Shown: positions 36,971 to 51,477 of the stretch, in pieces
Numbering within the stretch: position 1 is the first letter of the stretch
Layout of the letters: every line of letters begins with the position of its first letter
Assembly (NCBI GenBank): GCA_951406725.2
Contig: OX597819.1
Coordinates: 66,650,001 to 66,714,000, forward strand
Length of the DNA stretch: 64,000 bases
Direction: 5' to 3'
Source of the DNA: Octopus vulgaris
Taxonomy: Eukaryota
Program-made: the position numbers and the translations under genes
The notes under the pieces: generated by a model
The model's database searches: none
Told to the model about the DNA's origin: nothing
The model's input: only the letters and a program-made list of their open reading frames with translations

Positions 36971-39139
36971 GATAGTTGATGTCAGAGGTGGTGACTTGTC
37001 ATACAAAACTGAACCCACTAAAATTTCTTCACAGGGATAGGCTATAAAAAACCTTCATTCTACAGCGCCCTCAGGGCTCAACTGGTACTTGTTTCATCTG
37101 GTGATCTTTCATGACGCAGCTGTGATGAAAGTGTCTGCGTATACATAAGTACAAAGCAATAATAGTTACAAAGGTTATTCGAGAGATTCGTTAAGAAATA
37201 GAGCATTTGCACAATACCTTATGAAGACAATTAACTCGTGTAATGTCTTTGTATAAGGTTAATAAGATAGAAAGTTAATAAGATACCAAAACTTGCAATG
37301 TGAACGATGAATGCCAATGACTTAAGAAGATATACTTACTTTTACCATCGCTTTCAGTTCAACATCCGTATTATTTTAATAGCTTGATACAGTTTTCTGT
37401 AATGTACTGGTAAATCCAGCAATACAGAGCTTTAGATTCAATTACTTTTACGACAGCCAACATAAATACTGATATTTTGCTTCGAATTTTTCACTAAATC
37501 AATTATTATGCAGAACCAAGAATAACAAGTTACATTCACATCATGACACTACTTTCTCAATATTTTCATCTCTTGGATTCAAATCATGAATTTTTACATA
37601 AGTAGTATAGGAATATCATTCTTAGCAACCAAGTTGTAAAACTATCACCGTATCTTTAATATGTTAACCATAAAGATAATAATTTCCAAAATACGAGACA
37701 ATTACTCGATCTGAAGGACACATGAACACATTATTATATATTTCGGTACTTAAATTCACGCAGGAGTTAGAAATTAACAGAAAAAATAGAAAGAATTCTC
37801 TTCACATAACTTAACAGTCACTCGCAACAGAACACGACAATATAATTTATACCGAACACACACGAATGTTGAGTTTATCTCAAATAATGAGTAAAGCACT
37901 GACTATAAAACATCAGGAATTAAATAGCTTCCCGCGTGAGCAAATTTTATGTTTCGACTTAAAATTTCTTCAAACTCAACTTCCAATAATACCTAAATTC
38001 CTGCAATAGCTGTTGGCACAGAGATGTTAGCATAGCATAGGCTATGAGTTGAAATAAAAAGATATTACGATAGCGCCAAACCACATAAAGCAGGTGCAAT
38101 AAATTTGAAAGTTGAAATTTCGGAGCTCTTTCGCTACGAAACTTAGGGAATATTCTGAGGGATTCCTTTGAACTAAGGAGCACAAGCGTTATAATCATTA
38201 TATAATCGTAAATAATAGTTTTGAATTTAGGCACAATGCCAGCAATCATGAAAGTAGGCGTTAGTCGATTAGATCAAAAGTAGTGTTAGACTGATACCTT
38301 AATTTATCTAGATGAAAGACATTGGTCTTAGCCGAGTTTGAAGTCACAATATAAAGAAGAAACATCTGCGAAGCGTTTGTACCATTGCATGAATATAATA
38401 AATTAGAATAATGCTATAAGAAATTAGAATATCTTCATAGTATTGAGGCACCAAATTTGTTATGTGGACAACGTTATCAACAAACTTACAAATTCTTATA
38501 AATGTTTAAAAAGCAGAAAGATGATCCTTATTTGCAATGCTGTGAAACATAACTAATGTACATTTCTTGGTAAAATCGATAAAAAGAGTACAGTGAACAT
38601 GCAGTGGGGTGGGGGGATTTCTAACCTTGCAGATAGAGTCCCACTTCATGGAAAAATTGACAGGAAAGTAATTAATAGGTTAATAGGAGCCAGTAAAATT
38701 TTTAGAACCTCTTCATAGGTGAAAAGACAGTAATAGGAGTGACGTCATGCTATACCTCGATTTCGGTGACGGAAATAGAATAAATTTCACTTTGAATATA
38801 TAAAGAAAAAACTCAATCCATGAAAAATATCAAATACATGGGGATGATAATCATTTTAAAGTTAAAAGTTATTTTCTCTTCCTAGAAATTTGTATTCAAA
38901 TGTGATCGCTAATTACCTTTCTACTACAATAGATTTGCACCAGCTCAAGCCAGTTCCAGGAACTGATAAGCCTATGTAAGTCAGAGACTCGAAGCAATTA
39001 TAGAAGTGTGGATATTTAATACTTTCTTTTCTCATATTTCGCCTTATTTTAAGAGAACATGATGTCGGAGTCATTCTTGATGACTATATTGATCACTAAT
39101 CCGGTCCTCATCGATCGTTTTTCAAATACCCAAGCCAAA

Positions 39140-39290
39140 TTTCTTATTCCATCGGTCTCACTTGCTGAACCGCTAACTTATGGGTACACAAATACAGCAA
39201 CACCGTTTTTCAAGCGATAAAGGCGGAGGACAAACGAAGAAGAAAAAACACACATATATAAGATAGGCTTCTTTGAGATTCCGTCTACTT
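39140..39290 (-). mobile_element. SINE family B fragment
   Basis: CTTATTCCATCGGTCTC...GCTGAACCGCTAACTTA...GGCTTCTTTGAGATTCCGTCTAC. Confidence 0.6.
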
Positions 39291-39504
39291 ATAAAAACTC
39301 TAATACACTGTGTCTATATACATGCTATCGTCCTATGAATCAAGATTATATGCACCAAACCTTCCCTTATATATGTGTTTATGTGTTTGTTTGTGTGTGT
39401 ATATATACATATACACATATACATACATATGAATAACACATACTATAAGCACGCGTCTCGAAGCAAACTCACAGAAATTTCTATCACATACACACTCTCT
39501 TATA

Positions 39505-39760
39505 CACACACGCACCTTCGTGTTGGGGGTCATATTTACTTTGTTATATACCCCACTTCTTCCCTCTCTTGTGTGACCCTTCTGTCTGGCAGTCGCAATG
39601 ATAGATCGTTAGCCACTACACACATTTTTTTTTCACTCCTTGTTTTTTCTGTTTCCCCTTCTGTAGAAGAGCGTAGGCTCGAAACGTAAAAGACTTCTAT
39701 TCCTGAGCGTTATACTAATGCATCTGTTTGTTTTGTACACCACCCGTCTTCGTCTCCCCA
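39505..39760 (+). mobile_element. Penelope-like terminal repeat, family S copy 3
   Basis: CTGTAGAAGAGCGTAGGCTCGAAACGTAAAAG at 39661; ends at (TA)n. Confidence 0.65.
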
Positions 39761-40099
39761 TATATATATATATATTAATAAAAAGAATTCCAACCTTGTC
39801 TGATTTTCACGTTTTATTTACAATCTTATAATGATATATTATAAGATAATATATATATATATATATATATATGCATGCTAATACAAAACCCAGATTAAAC
39901 TCCTCATTCCTTTCACTACCAAACCAAGAGTTTTACTGTGGTCTCTATCTTTAGCACTTAATTCGCATTACCCGCCACTCATTGGGTCTTCTAGATACTA
40001 ATATCCTTTACATCTCTCTATCTATCTACCAATATATATATATATATAACATATAGGATGGATGTCCACGTACTGGTCATCCCCATTTATGCATGTAGT

Positions 40100-40222
40100 A
40101 TAATTTTTTTGGAATCTTCAGATTATAAATACTCTAGACCACTGGTTTTAAATTGATATTAATCACAATAGTATTCAATTTTTCACCCTTATTATTTTAA
40201 ACTGAAATTTTAAAATACACAT
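40100..40222 (+). mobile_element. Fragment of the R1/R2 retrozyme-like family
   Basis: AATCTTCAGATT...CTAGACCACTGGTTTTAAATTGATATTAA...TTCACCCTTATTATTTTAA matches 27178-27255 and 30652-30735. Confidence 0.65.
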
Positions 40223-40227
40223 GCTTT

Positions 40228-40394
40228 AGTTTCTCTCCCTTGTTTCTTTGTGTCTTCCTTTCTGTGGAAGAGCCTAGGCTCGAACGTTAAAGACTTTCCC
40301 GCTTCCCGAGCGTTAAACTAATACATCTGTTTGTGTCTATACCACCTGTCTTCCTGTCTTCGTATTTTGTTCATTTTTTGTGAATTCTTCCCTA
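40228..40394 (+). mobile_element. Penelope-like terminal repeat, family S copy 4
   Basis: CTGTGGAAGAGCCTAGGCTCGAACGTTAAAG at 40262; ends at (TA)n. Confidence 0.65.
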
Positions 40395-40793
40395 TATATA
40401 TGTATATATATATATATATATATAAAGTCCAAGTGTTTGACGCATTAAGAATTTTTGCTGTTATATGTAGAAGAACGTGCGAACACGTAAAAGCTTATTC
40501 GGTATATCACAAATGTATACAGTGTAGCGGAAAGTGAAAGCACTGAAACATTGTATAGATATGGCCTTAGAAACTTTGGTTCTGGCTTGACACTTATATT
40601 AAGAAATGTATCCGTGATTTACAAAAAACCAATATGAAATATATTAACCAGATTTATTTTCCACGTATGATCTAATGCTCTGCCATTCCCGTCTTTCACG
40701 CTCTCACTCCCCTCGTTGCCCCTTCTTTCTCTCTCTCTCTCTATCTCTTACTCTTTATTTTCATCTATCCATCTCTTCCATTCACACTTCCAA

Positions 40794-40868
<75 letters not shown>

Positions 40869-41468
40869 CGTGTGTATAGACAGATTGATATAGATATGTT
40901 GATAATAATGCATACATATGTGTGTGTGTGTGTGCCAGCGTATATGCGACTTGACTAATGGAGAGGGCAGTTATATTTGATTAAAGAAAGTGTTGGTCCT
41001 ATGAACAAGACGTATATTATACTAACTATTACAGTGTCATGCCATACATTGCTCTTGTTCATATATCATATCCACAGTATAAGCATCTGTTTCTGACAAA
41101 ATAATTAACGGTGTCTGATATCACACTGCTCCGTATTGAGCTAGTGGACTTTCAGCGACATCTATCGATAATTGATCAACGAATGATGTACAGAGGTCTT
41201 AAGACGACTTTCTATCAATCTCTCCCACCACACTTTATCCACGTCTCTATGAATATCTCTCTGTTTCTTTGTTTCTATCTATCTCTGCCTCGCAATTTAT
41301 CTCTATCCTCCCTCTTTTCCTCTCCGTCACTCTCTGTTCTCTCTCTCCCTCTCTTTCCCTTCACCCTCTCTCTATATATATATATCCAAATAGTTTTATG
41401 CATATATATGTATATATATATATAAATACATATGTATGAATATGTGTATATATGTGTGTATATATATA

Positions 41469-41523
<55 letters not shown>

Positions 41524-41899
41524 CTTGTCTGTGTGTACATAAGTACATAGATATATATAGAGGTAAACGCTCTCACACACACACACATAAATATATATAT
41601 ATGTAGATAGAAATATAGGTTGACACACTCATGTCTGTAACCATACAAACTCACATAAGTAAACACACAGTTCCATGTGTATGTACATTTTATGTATATA
41701 CATATGTATGCGCATATGTATGTACATTTTAACAGCAAAACGTCTCAGACAACAAGGTAGACGAGCTTAATTCGAGGATCTCTTTAATTAGGTTAAAAAG
41801 AAGACAAGATGGAAAACAAAGCATATGATGGAAAAGAGTGTTCGCTTTCCAGTTGACTGGGCAGAACGATTGTCTGAGGTAAATACATACATAATACAT

Positions 41900-42282
41900 C
41901 GCGGCACTCCGTCGGTTGCGACGACGAGGATTCCTGTTGTCCCAATCAACGGAATTGCCTGCTCGTGAAATTAACGCGCAAGTGGTTGAGCACTCCACAG
42001 ACACGTGAAACCTTAGCGTAGTTCTCGGGGTGAAGCGATTCAGCGTGAGAGAGTGTGACAAGACTGGCTTCTTTGAAATACAGGTACAACAGAAACAGGA
42101 ATAAAGATTGAAAGTTGGGGTGAAAAGTACGACAGGGTTTGTCACCACCACCGCCGCAGGAGCCTCGTTCAGCTTTAGGTGTTTTGCTCAATAAACATTC
42201 ACAACACCTGACCTAGGAATCGAAACCACGATCCCGCAACCGCCAGTTCGCTGTCCTTATCACTGGGCCATTGCGCCTACAC
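41900..42282 (-). mobile_element. tRNA-derived SINE family C, near full length
   Basis: Minus-strand head GGCGCAATGGCCCAGTGATAAGG...GGTTTCGATTCC (A and B boxes), then TTGAGCAAAACAC; tail ...CCTCGTCGTCGCAACCGACGGAGTGCC followed by (ATGT)n. Confidence 0.75.
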
Positions 42283-43576
42283 ACATAATACATAGATACA
42301 TACATAATATTAACATACATAATATATATTATCAAGATAAAAATTAAAAGACATATCACTGTGTAATATACAAATTTTGAAACATTAATTTATGTCGGAC
42401 TAAATTTTAAAATAACCGCAAAGCATTTACTTGGTAAAAATATACTAACGCATTTCTAATTATTTTCGCTAATTTAAAATATTCTCGTTTAAACCGACGT
42501 TATGCAATGCAACACGCGAACACTAATTCAGTATTTAAAACGGAAAGACGGAAGATGCAAGGAAAAATCTTCTCCGTATATAAACCAAGTAGTATGCGAT
42601 GAAACGAAGGAAAAGTTCTATCCTAATATATTAGATTTAGAGATTAATTCTATGGAATGTCCTTAATTCACCTCGTAATGGTTGCTGCTAATTTCCAGAT
42701 TTATGTAATATGGTAGCTATAAGCACTTTACATCAATATTTTATGTAGATAAACGGTTTAATGCCATAAAATGTCGGAGCCATTAAAGTCATATTTAGAA
42801 TACCTCACATCATTTGAGTTCTCCGTTCAAAACCCAGTGAAGACCGTCCTCTTCTTTCATTCTTTCGACTTGTATAAAAAAGTAAAAATCCATAGATTTG
42901 AACTGGCGAAGCTTTTTGAAGATGGATAAATTTCTTTTGATATCTCTTCTAGCTTCTCCATTCTAAGTCGCTTTCAAAGATTCTGATTTCGGCTTCTTTC
43001 AGACTAAATCTGTGGCTTGACATTTCTATTGATTAAAAGCTTCTGATTTTCAGAAGAGAGACCTTTTCGTATAAGCAATTGCCAATGCTACTCAGAAAAC
43101 TTCAACTCCACAAACCTTTGCAGTTGCATGGTTTACAACAACCAACCAAAACAGGCTTTTTGCGTTGCCACCATAAAATTTTTTTTGTGCATACGCATTA
43201 AATAGTTGCTGCATACGATTATGTATCAGTTCACAGTTGCTCAGGGTTCCACGCAGTGGGACTGAACCTGCAACCATGGGATTGGGAAGCAATCTTTTTA
43301 CCCCACAGCCATATTAAGAAAAGAATATTGATAAGAAATTTTGGCAAAAGGCCAGTAATTTCGGTGGAAGGGGTAAGTTGGCCACGCAACCCCAGGAAAA
43401 GAGTATTGGTAGGCTCGAAAGTGAACATACCATTCGCTGTTGTATTTCATCTCCGGAGGATATCACCCTATAAATGAAACGTACTAACTGTAACGCAATA
43501 ATTATTTAGAGCAATGAACCAAATGTGTTCTGAACATTTCATCTTAAGGGGCAAAACGCTAAACAACAGCTGCTAG

Positions 43577-43700
43577 TTATTTACATCATTTACATTTGAC
43601 GGATATTTGTCCTCATCTTGTTTGTTGTTAACACAACGTTTCCTCAAATGTAAATAATGTAAATAATGTACATAATTCCTCATCTCATAAATATAGAACA
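43577..43700. repeat. Foldback fragment of the repeat at 57985-58165
   Basis: TTATTTACATCATTTACATTTGA...TCAAATGTAAATAATGTAAATAA inverted pair; both arms match the 58 kb element. Confidence 0.65.
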
Positions 43701-44099
43701 ACTGTCAGCATATGGCAGAAATTATTGAGAATATGTAGATACGTCATTAGTTCCATTCTGACTGTTTTGCTTGAACGTGGTGGTGTTTGCTTTCGTACAT
43801 CTAAGAGAAAGCGAGTGGTGCAGCATAGAATGAGCATCGAGGATCATAAAAACACCTGCCCTAGAGTAACAACAACTGACTCAGGGAAGCCCGTGCTCTT
43901 TTGTGGGAACTTTGTTGCTTACATTACTGTGTGATCACCGGGCAACTTTAGTACCGTAGTAGAAGGGGCCGTAACACCAACAGAAGTGGTTTCCTATCTG
44001 ACTAGATATCGACTCTTGCATTCGGAGACAGAACGCAGCAGAAAACAAGAGACTGCCTTAAATGTTTGCTGATGGAGATTTATTTCCCAAGAGCAAATA

Positions 44100-44490
44100 A
44101 TAATCCTTTCTACTATAGACAAAAGGCCTAAAAATGTGGGGAGGGGTAAGTTGATAACATCGAACCCCGTACTCAACTGGTACTTAATTAATCGACTCCA
44201 AAAGGATAAAAAGCGAAGTCGACCTCGGCGGAATTTGAACTCAGAACGTAACAATAGACGAAATACCTATTTCTTTACTACCCACAAGGGGCTAAACACA
44301 GAGAGGACAAACAAGGACAGACAAACGGATTAAGTCGATTATATCGAACCCAGTGCCTAACTGGTACTTAATTTATCGACACCGAAATGATGAAAGGCAA
44401 AGTCGACCTCGGCGAAATTTGAATTCAGTACGTAACGGCAGACGAAATACCGCTGAACATTTCGCCCGGTGTGCTATCGATTTTGCCAGG
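44100..44490 (-). mobile_element. SINE family A dimer
   Basis: Two cores separated by the linker CCTATTTCTTTACTACCCACAAGGGGCTAAACACAGAG...AAACGGATT. Confidence 0.88.
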
Positions 44491-44624
44491 TCCACGGATT
44501 TCAGCTGCAAAAAATAATATTACCGGAAGTAATATATCAGTGTAGGGAACCGAAATTGTGCTCAAAATTAAGATGCGGTGTTTGAAGCGAAATATTAACT
44601 TAAATGTATCTTTCTATTATTCTT

Positions 44625-44982
44625 TTATTCTTTTACATGTTTCAGTCATTTTACTGCGGCCATGCTAGAGCGCCAACTTTAGTCGAACAAATTGACACCA
44701 AGACTTATTCTTTGTAAGCTTAGTACTTATTCTATCGGCCTCTCTTGCCGAGCCACTAAGTTAAGGATAGATAGACACAGCATCATCCGTTCTCAAGCGA
44801 TGGTGGGGGAGGACAAACAGACAAACACACACATATATATAAGACGGGCTTCTTTCAGTTTCCACTAACAAAACTTTGGTTGGCTCGAGGCTATAGTGGA
44901 AAGACTTGCCCAAGGTGCCACACAGTGGGACTGAACCTGCAACCATGTGATTGGGAAGCAAGCGTCTTACCCAACAGCCATA
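44625..44982 (-). mobile_element. SINE family B, near full length
   Basis: TTTCAGTCATTTTACTGCGGCCATGC...CTTGCCCAAGGTGCCACACAGTGGGACTGAACC...CTTACCCAACAGCCA. Confidence 0.85.
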
Positions 44983-44994
44983 TTCGCAATTGAA

Positions 44995-45592
44995 TATTGG
45001 AAAGAAATTTGGCAAAAGGCCAGCAATTTCGGAGGAAGAGTTAAGTTGGCCACAGTGACCCCAGCACTCAACTGGTACTTATTATATGAACTCCGGAAAG
45101 GGGCATTTGTTCTCGGAGTGTAGAGACGGATGACATCCTACTAAGTATATTTTCCAGCGTTCTAACTATTCCACCAGCTCGGCGTCTTATATTCTTTTCT
45201 ACTCTAGGCACAAGGCCAGAAACTTTTGGGGAGGGTGCCAGTCGATTAGATCGACTCCAGTACGCAACTGGTACTTAAATTATCGACCTCGAACGGATGA
45301 AAGGCAAAGTCGACCTCGGTGGAATTTGAACTTAGAACGTAAAACAGACGAAATACCTATTTCTTTACTATCCAGAAGGGGCTAAACACAGAGGGGACAA
45401 ACAAGGACAGACAAACGGATTAAGTCGATTAAATCGATACCAGTGTGTAACTGGTCCTTAATTTATCGACCGCGAAAGGATGAAAGGCAAAGTGGGACAT
45501 CGGCGGAATTTGAACTCAGAACGTGACGGCAGACGAAATACCGCTAAGCATTTCGCCCGGCGTGCTAACGTTTCTGCCAGCTCATCGCCTTA
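44995..45592 (-). mobile_element. SINE family A: degenerate monomer plus dimer
   Basis: Dimer at about 45192-45592 ending CTGCCAGCTCATCGCCTT; older unit at 44995-45190. Confidence 0.85.
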
Positions 45593-46037
45593 TATTTAGA
45601 AAAAAAGATTACAAGAAGGTACAACGGTTTCTCTGATCCCAGCCAGAAACATTCCCGTTCGCGTAGACGTCTAGTATACATATGAAATAAAACCACTCGG
45701 GCAATACTATCAGCATGAATGGGAACACGGTATACGTTTGCTGTCTTTTATATCAGCCAAACATGGCGCGCACGACATAGCGTCGTGTGCAGACGTAATT
45801 ACAGCGTTCGACAACTGATACTAGAGATGGTTAGGCTGGCACAGATAGAGCACAGCGTCGGATATTACTGTCTTGATTATATAGATGCAATTCAATTGCT
45901 ATGATAAAGACACATTCTTATACATACATAAACATACGTATATATATATATATATATATATATATCTGTATGTATATATGTGTGTATATATATGCATACA
46001 TATGTGCGTAAGTATGTATATGCGTATCTATCTATGC

Positions 46038-46080
<43 letters not shown>

Positions 46081-47129
46081 TGTACAAAGAGAGAGAGAGA
46101 GAGAGAGAGCGACAGACACACAGAGATAGACAGAGACAGAGAGAGTCAGAGCGATAGATACATGTTGCAGTTACGCACACATACACATTCATACATTACA
46201 TACAGACACATATGTACTTATGTGTGTATATGCGTGTATGGGCTTGTATGTGCGCGTATGTGCGTGTGTTACCGTGTCTGTGTTCAACTATAATATCTAT
46301 CTTTATTCTCCAGAAATTATGTAAAATTAGTCGTAACCAGTCGGTCGGCGGCAATAGATCATAATTAACCTAAGCTGTCTTGGTTTTTCCACTGACGTAC
46401 GCTGCTCTAAAATGGAATTATCCGAAATTAGATGAGTCATTATATGTGCTCACCGTTTCGTTTTCTTATTAACTATTTCCTTTCTCTTAGTTATCAAGAT
46501 CTTATCTTTTTTTATTAGTTTTACCTGTTAGTACTTTATTCATATATATTTTTTCTTTCTGATGTAATATATCTCTTTCTTCATGCTCGACTGCGTATTA
46601 TAATTATTTTAGTGCATATCTCTGAACAAATAATAATAATAAGACAAAGCGTTCTATACTTATGTCGAAATTGCACATCTTTTAGACAACTGGGTGGGTA
46701 CTGTACACATTCTTTCGGTCATTTTCCCCCCCAATTTTATAATAATATCTAGAATTATCGAAACGATCATATCAAAACATTACAACATTAAATCAATACG
46801 CTGTTACATTTTTTATTGTTTTTCACTACTTAAAAAAAAACATTCAAAATTTTTATTAATGACTTTTCGTGTGAGTGTTCTCAGATAAAACTGAATATGA
46901 CTGCATAAAGTTCGCGTTATGTGATGAAGAACAATTGCCCTTTCGACAAACGTTTATAAGTTAGGGATAACGCAGTACAAAAAGACAATATGTCTGATAA
47001 ATATCAACCGTATGTACCGCGCTGTAAATGTCTACGTCTGTTTTCTATCTGATCGCGCATGACCTACAAGAGTTAACCTACACCCACAACACCAAGAAGC
47101 GGCCCTAATTGCCGCCGCTGCTGTTGCTG

Positions 47130-47247
<118 letters not shown>

Positions 47248-47710
47248 ATTTATTGAACACATTTTTTTATCAATCCGTGACTGAGTGTTCTCTACACTCG
47301 TAACGATTTTCAAACATGCAGTTAAACAGCCTAAGTGTGAAATATCGGTTGTCAGTAAGGCACGCCTCCTTGACAGCTCGTTTCCACTTGCCAACTCGTA
47401 ACTTACATTAATTTTAATTCATGTGGTTAATGACTTAAAAGTTTTGAAAGCCATGGCTATTGTAATTCGAAGAATTTTGTTTCGGTAATTACGGATAACT
47501 ATTCTTGATTTCAAATCCAATTTTTAAACACATCACATTCACGAACGCAGCAATTTGCTAGCAGAACAGCGGAAAGTAGTTTCTAAGTTTCAGAAGACAG
47601 ACAAATAGTTATATAGATCGATCGATCGATATATATATATATAGAGAGAGAGAGCGCGAGATATACATACATACATACATACATACATACATACATACAT
47701 ACATACATAC

Positions 47711-47773
<63 letters not shown>

Positions 47774-48306
47774 TACTAGAGGTGTAAAGAGGAGAGAGTA
47801 TGGCGTCAGTTGGTGGAGTGCGTGTAACCAAGCTATCAATTTGTCAAAATATTTTTAGGGTTAACTGTTCACGTCAGATTTCATGTAGGTTGTAATGATT
47901 CATCTTGTCAAAATCCGTATTTCTAATTACGTTGACTGGGAGATTTAGAGCAAGGTGATCTTGCCCAATGAATTTCTTATAGATATTTCATGACATTAAC
48001 CGATTCAGCCGCCATCTTGTTTGTTCATCTATGTAACTTATTATTTAAGAAATATTTCATACATGTAGTAAACAATATCTTAGGATAACATGCACGGTAG
48101 CATCAATAATAGATAACGTATGGCAGCCGGTAGACACATTTGATGCATCTTAGAAATGTCTTTTTGAAGTTATCGAGACAAAAGTTATATCCATTTTTAA
48201 ACTAAAACTTTTAACTGCAAACATAGTAAGCCTGAAGGGCAATATTTTATATTTGCCAAACGTGACAGCACAGAATATTCTCTCTCCCACACATTCTCAC
48301 TCCATA

Positions 48307-48718
48307 TATTGGGTCATCCCATAAATAATGCTGTTTTTTCCATTGCGTGAACTAAAAGAGGAGGACGGGATAAACTACCAGCATCAACTTGCTATAAAAG
48401 CAGGTAGTAATTTCACCTTGTACTTATTCTTAGTATAAGTTTTGATGAGTGCAGTTCAAAGATATAATGGAAGTGACAAAGAAGTATATTCGGCATATTT
48501 TACTGGCAACCACGCATTGAAAGTCTTAGGAATATCAATGCAGTATATGGGGATCGAACAATAAGTGTAAGGCAATGTCAACAGTGCTTCCAGAATTTCT
48601 GAGCCAGAAACTGCATTCTAGAAGATGAGCCTCTCCTGGAAGATCTGTAAAGATCGACGAGGACGTTCTGCAAACCCTTGTGGAACAAAATCCAATAGTA
48701 ACTGCTGAAGAGCTTGAA
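48307..48718 (+). mobile_element. Mariner 5' fragment (TIR plus transposase HTH pseudogene)
   Basis: TIR-like TATTGGGTCATCCCATAAATAATGC. Translation MEVTKKYIRHILL...RNINAVYGDRTISVRQCQQCFQNF*ARNCILEDEP...GRSVKIDEDVLQTLVEQNPIVTAEEL resembles the Mos1-type N-terminus. Confidence 0.8.
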
Positions 48719-48719
48719 T

Positions 48720-48955
48720 TTGGCCTCTCTCAAAAATTATGTAAGACAAAACAGAAAACTTAATCCATAATCCTTGTCCGGAACTGGATCGATCCCAAAA
48801 TCTAATCATTTCGTGCCAGTTATGTGGCCAAACATCCCTGAAGGTTTCATTCGAATCCATGGAGCGGTTCTTGAGATATCTTGTCCAAAGTCAAACAAAC
48901 AAACAAACATGACTGAAAACAATACCTCCATGTCTTCGCTAAGGCGGAGGTAATA
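48720..48955. mobile_element. Non-autonomous Helentron/DINE-like element end
   Basis: ...GAAGGTTTCATTCGAATCC...TCTTGAGATATC...(CAAA)n...AAAACAATACCTCC...AAGGCGGAGGTAAT: subterminal inverted repeat TACCTCC/GGAGGTA next to a tetranucleotide microsatellite. Confidence 0.55.
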
Positions 48956-49504
48956 AGCCCACTCCGTTAAGCAGAGTTAATAAATGTTTGAGAGCAGCAA
49001 AGGATCTTGAGGCCGAGATATTCGTAACGTATTAGCATTAGTGAACCGAAATCACACTATTCTGGTTGGAATATTTGTGCACACATCACAATCGTGGCGA
49101 ATTTATTCCTTGCTGTATTCCATATTAAAAACTGAATCCATCACAGCCATGTTGTCGTGTATTATTGTTTTATTTTTTTCCTCTTTTGTTTTGTGAACTG
49201 TTCCTGTTCATTTCATATTGCCAAATGCATTGTTGTAGTAATAGTGCGTTGTATTTTAATATTGTCGGTTTTTTCATTGTTATGTATTTTATGCAATGTG
49301 TTGTACTTCCTCTCATTGTTTTTCATATTTATACTTGTTGTTATCACATTTATTGTCGTTGTAGTTGTTCTTTATTAATCCAATAAATTAAAGTTATGAA
49401 ATCACCATTGCATAAGCCTATTCATCCATCGTTTTCTCTTTCTTTATCTCTTTCACTCTGAGTGCCTCTCTATCTGTATGTATATTTACCTACTTAACTA
49501 TGCA

Positions 49505-49574
<70 letters not shown>

Positions 49575-49638
49575 CCTACCTATATACCTATATACTTATC
49601 AATCAATCTATCTATATATCCATTTATCAGTCTATCTA

Positions 49639-49701
<63 letters not shown>

Positions 49702-49778
49702 CTATCTATCGGTCTCTCTATCTATAAAACCATTTTCCTCTAACCACCTCTGTATAAATCCATCTACCTACCTGTCTG

Positions 49779-49847
<69 letters not shown>

Positions 49848-49865
49848 TATCTATCTATCTATTTA

Positions 49866-49901
<36 letters not shown>

Positions 49902-50177
49902 CATGTATAGCTTGCTAAATCCAATCTACCTGACCATCTATCAATCAGTCTCCCTGTCTATAAAATCACTATATCTATATCCATCTCTATATTAATCTAT
50001 CTACCCACATATCTATCAACACATGTATATCCCTATATATCAATCTATACACACATACATGTGTATATAAACTATATATATATATATATATATATATGTC
50101 TAACTCCTATCTACATGTCAACCTGCCCATATATCTGTCTCTCTATAAAATCATTATCTCTCTATCCATGTTTATAA

Positions 50178-50272
<95 letters not shown>

Positions 50273-50852
50273 CATTTATTCTTCTATCTACTAGCTCTTC
50301 TTCATCATGTGAGTGCTCCATTATCCGAATACAAATATTAAACATTTTTTTTTTAACTTTAAGAATTTTATTTATGTTATTGGCTGCGCATTTTAAACGG
50401 CAGCTATTATATTTTTACTTCTTTCAAATAATCTTATATTTTTTTAAACTATATATTTGCCTATTGAATGCTTTTCTTTATTTTTCTAGCTAGGCGGGCA
50501 ATTAATTTACATTTACAGTGGATGTCACCAGAAAAAAAGCAGGAAGAAAAAAAACATATTCTCGGTTTAAAATAGCTTACTGATAATTTTAGAAGTTTAT
50601 TGAAGCGATATTTTAGCAAATGCATGAAGAATACCATATTTATTACCTTATGGTCCTTCGTTTCGTCCCATTACCTTGTGAGTTCAATTTATTGCAGAGT
50701 TTATAATTTCCTGTCCTAGAATGATAAAAACAATGAGGGATACGCCTCAAATAAATTCGTTTGGCTCTGTATACGGCACATGAATAGATTTAACATGTGC
50801 TAAAATGAAACATAGCCCAGCTTTCACGTTCTGAGTTCAAGTTCTGCTGATC

Positions 50853-51190
50853 TTTTTACTTTACTTGTTTCAGTCATTAGATTGCGGCCATGCTGGGGCA
50901 TCATATTGAATTTTGATTTTAATAGAATCAATGGATCGATCCCAGAAATTCTATTTTTAATGCTGGTAATTATTGTATCAGTGTCTTTTGCCGAACTGAT
51001 AATTTACGGAAACGGGAACACAGCGACACAGACTCAACACAGACACACAACTACACACACACTTTTTTCAGTTGTTGATAGGCATAAGGCTATAGTAGAA
51101 GACACTTACAAAAGGTGCAACGCAGTAGGACTGAACCAACAACCATGTGGTTAAGTAGCAACCGTCTTACTGCACAGCTACACCAGCGCC
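50853..51190 (-). mobile_element. SINE family B (degenerate)
   Basis: TTTACTTGTTTCAGTCATTAGATTGCGGCCATGCTGG...GGCTATAGTAGAAGACACTT...GGACTGAACC. Confidence 0.8.
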
Positions 51191-51438
51191 CTCTGAGGTT
51201 GATAGAAGAAACTTCTCATCAGGGCCTATCTCGACATTATTGAATTGCTATCCTTCTGCCTAAGCTGAAAACGAATTATATTATCATTATTATCACCTTG
51301 ACCCATCACTGGTCCTATTCCGAATAAAATTATGTCTGTAGAGGGTTACACCCTCTAAGCCTTATAGGTATATATGTGTCGTTTACGTGTGTGTGTGTGT
51401 ATGTGTGTATATATGTGTGTGTGTATTATGTATATATG

Positions 51439-51476
<38 letters not shown>

Positions 51477-51477
51477 A

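Noticed and set aside
42200-42280. tRNA-like sequences in SINE heads
   Set aside because: A and B boxes are present, but there is no complete cloverleaf and they continue into SINE bodies, so they are not tRNA genes.
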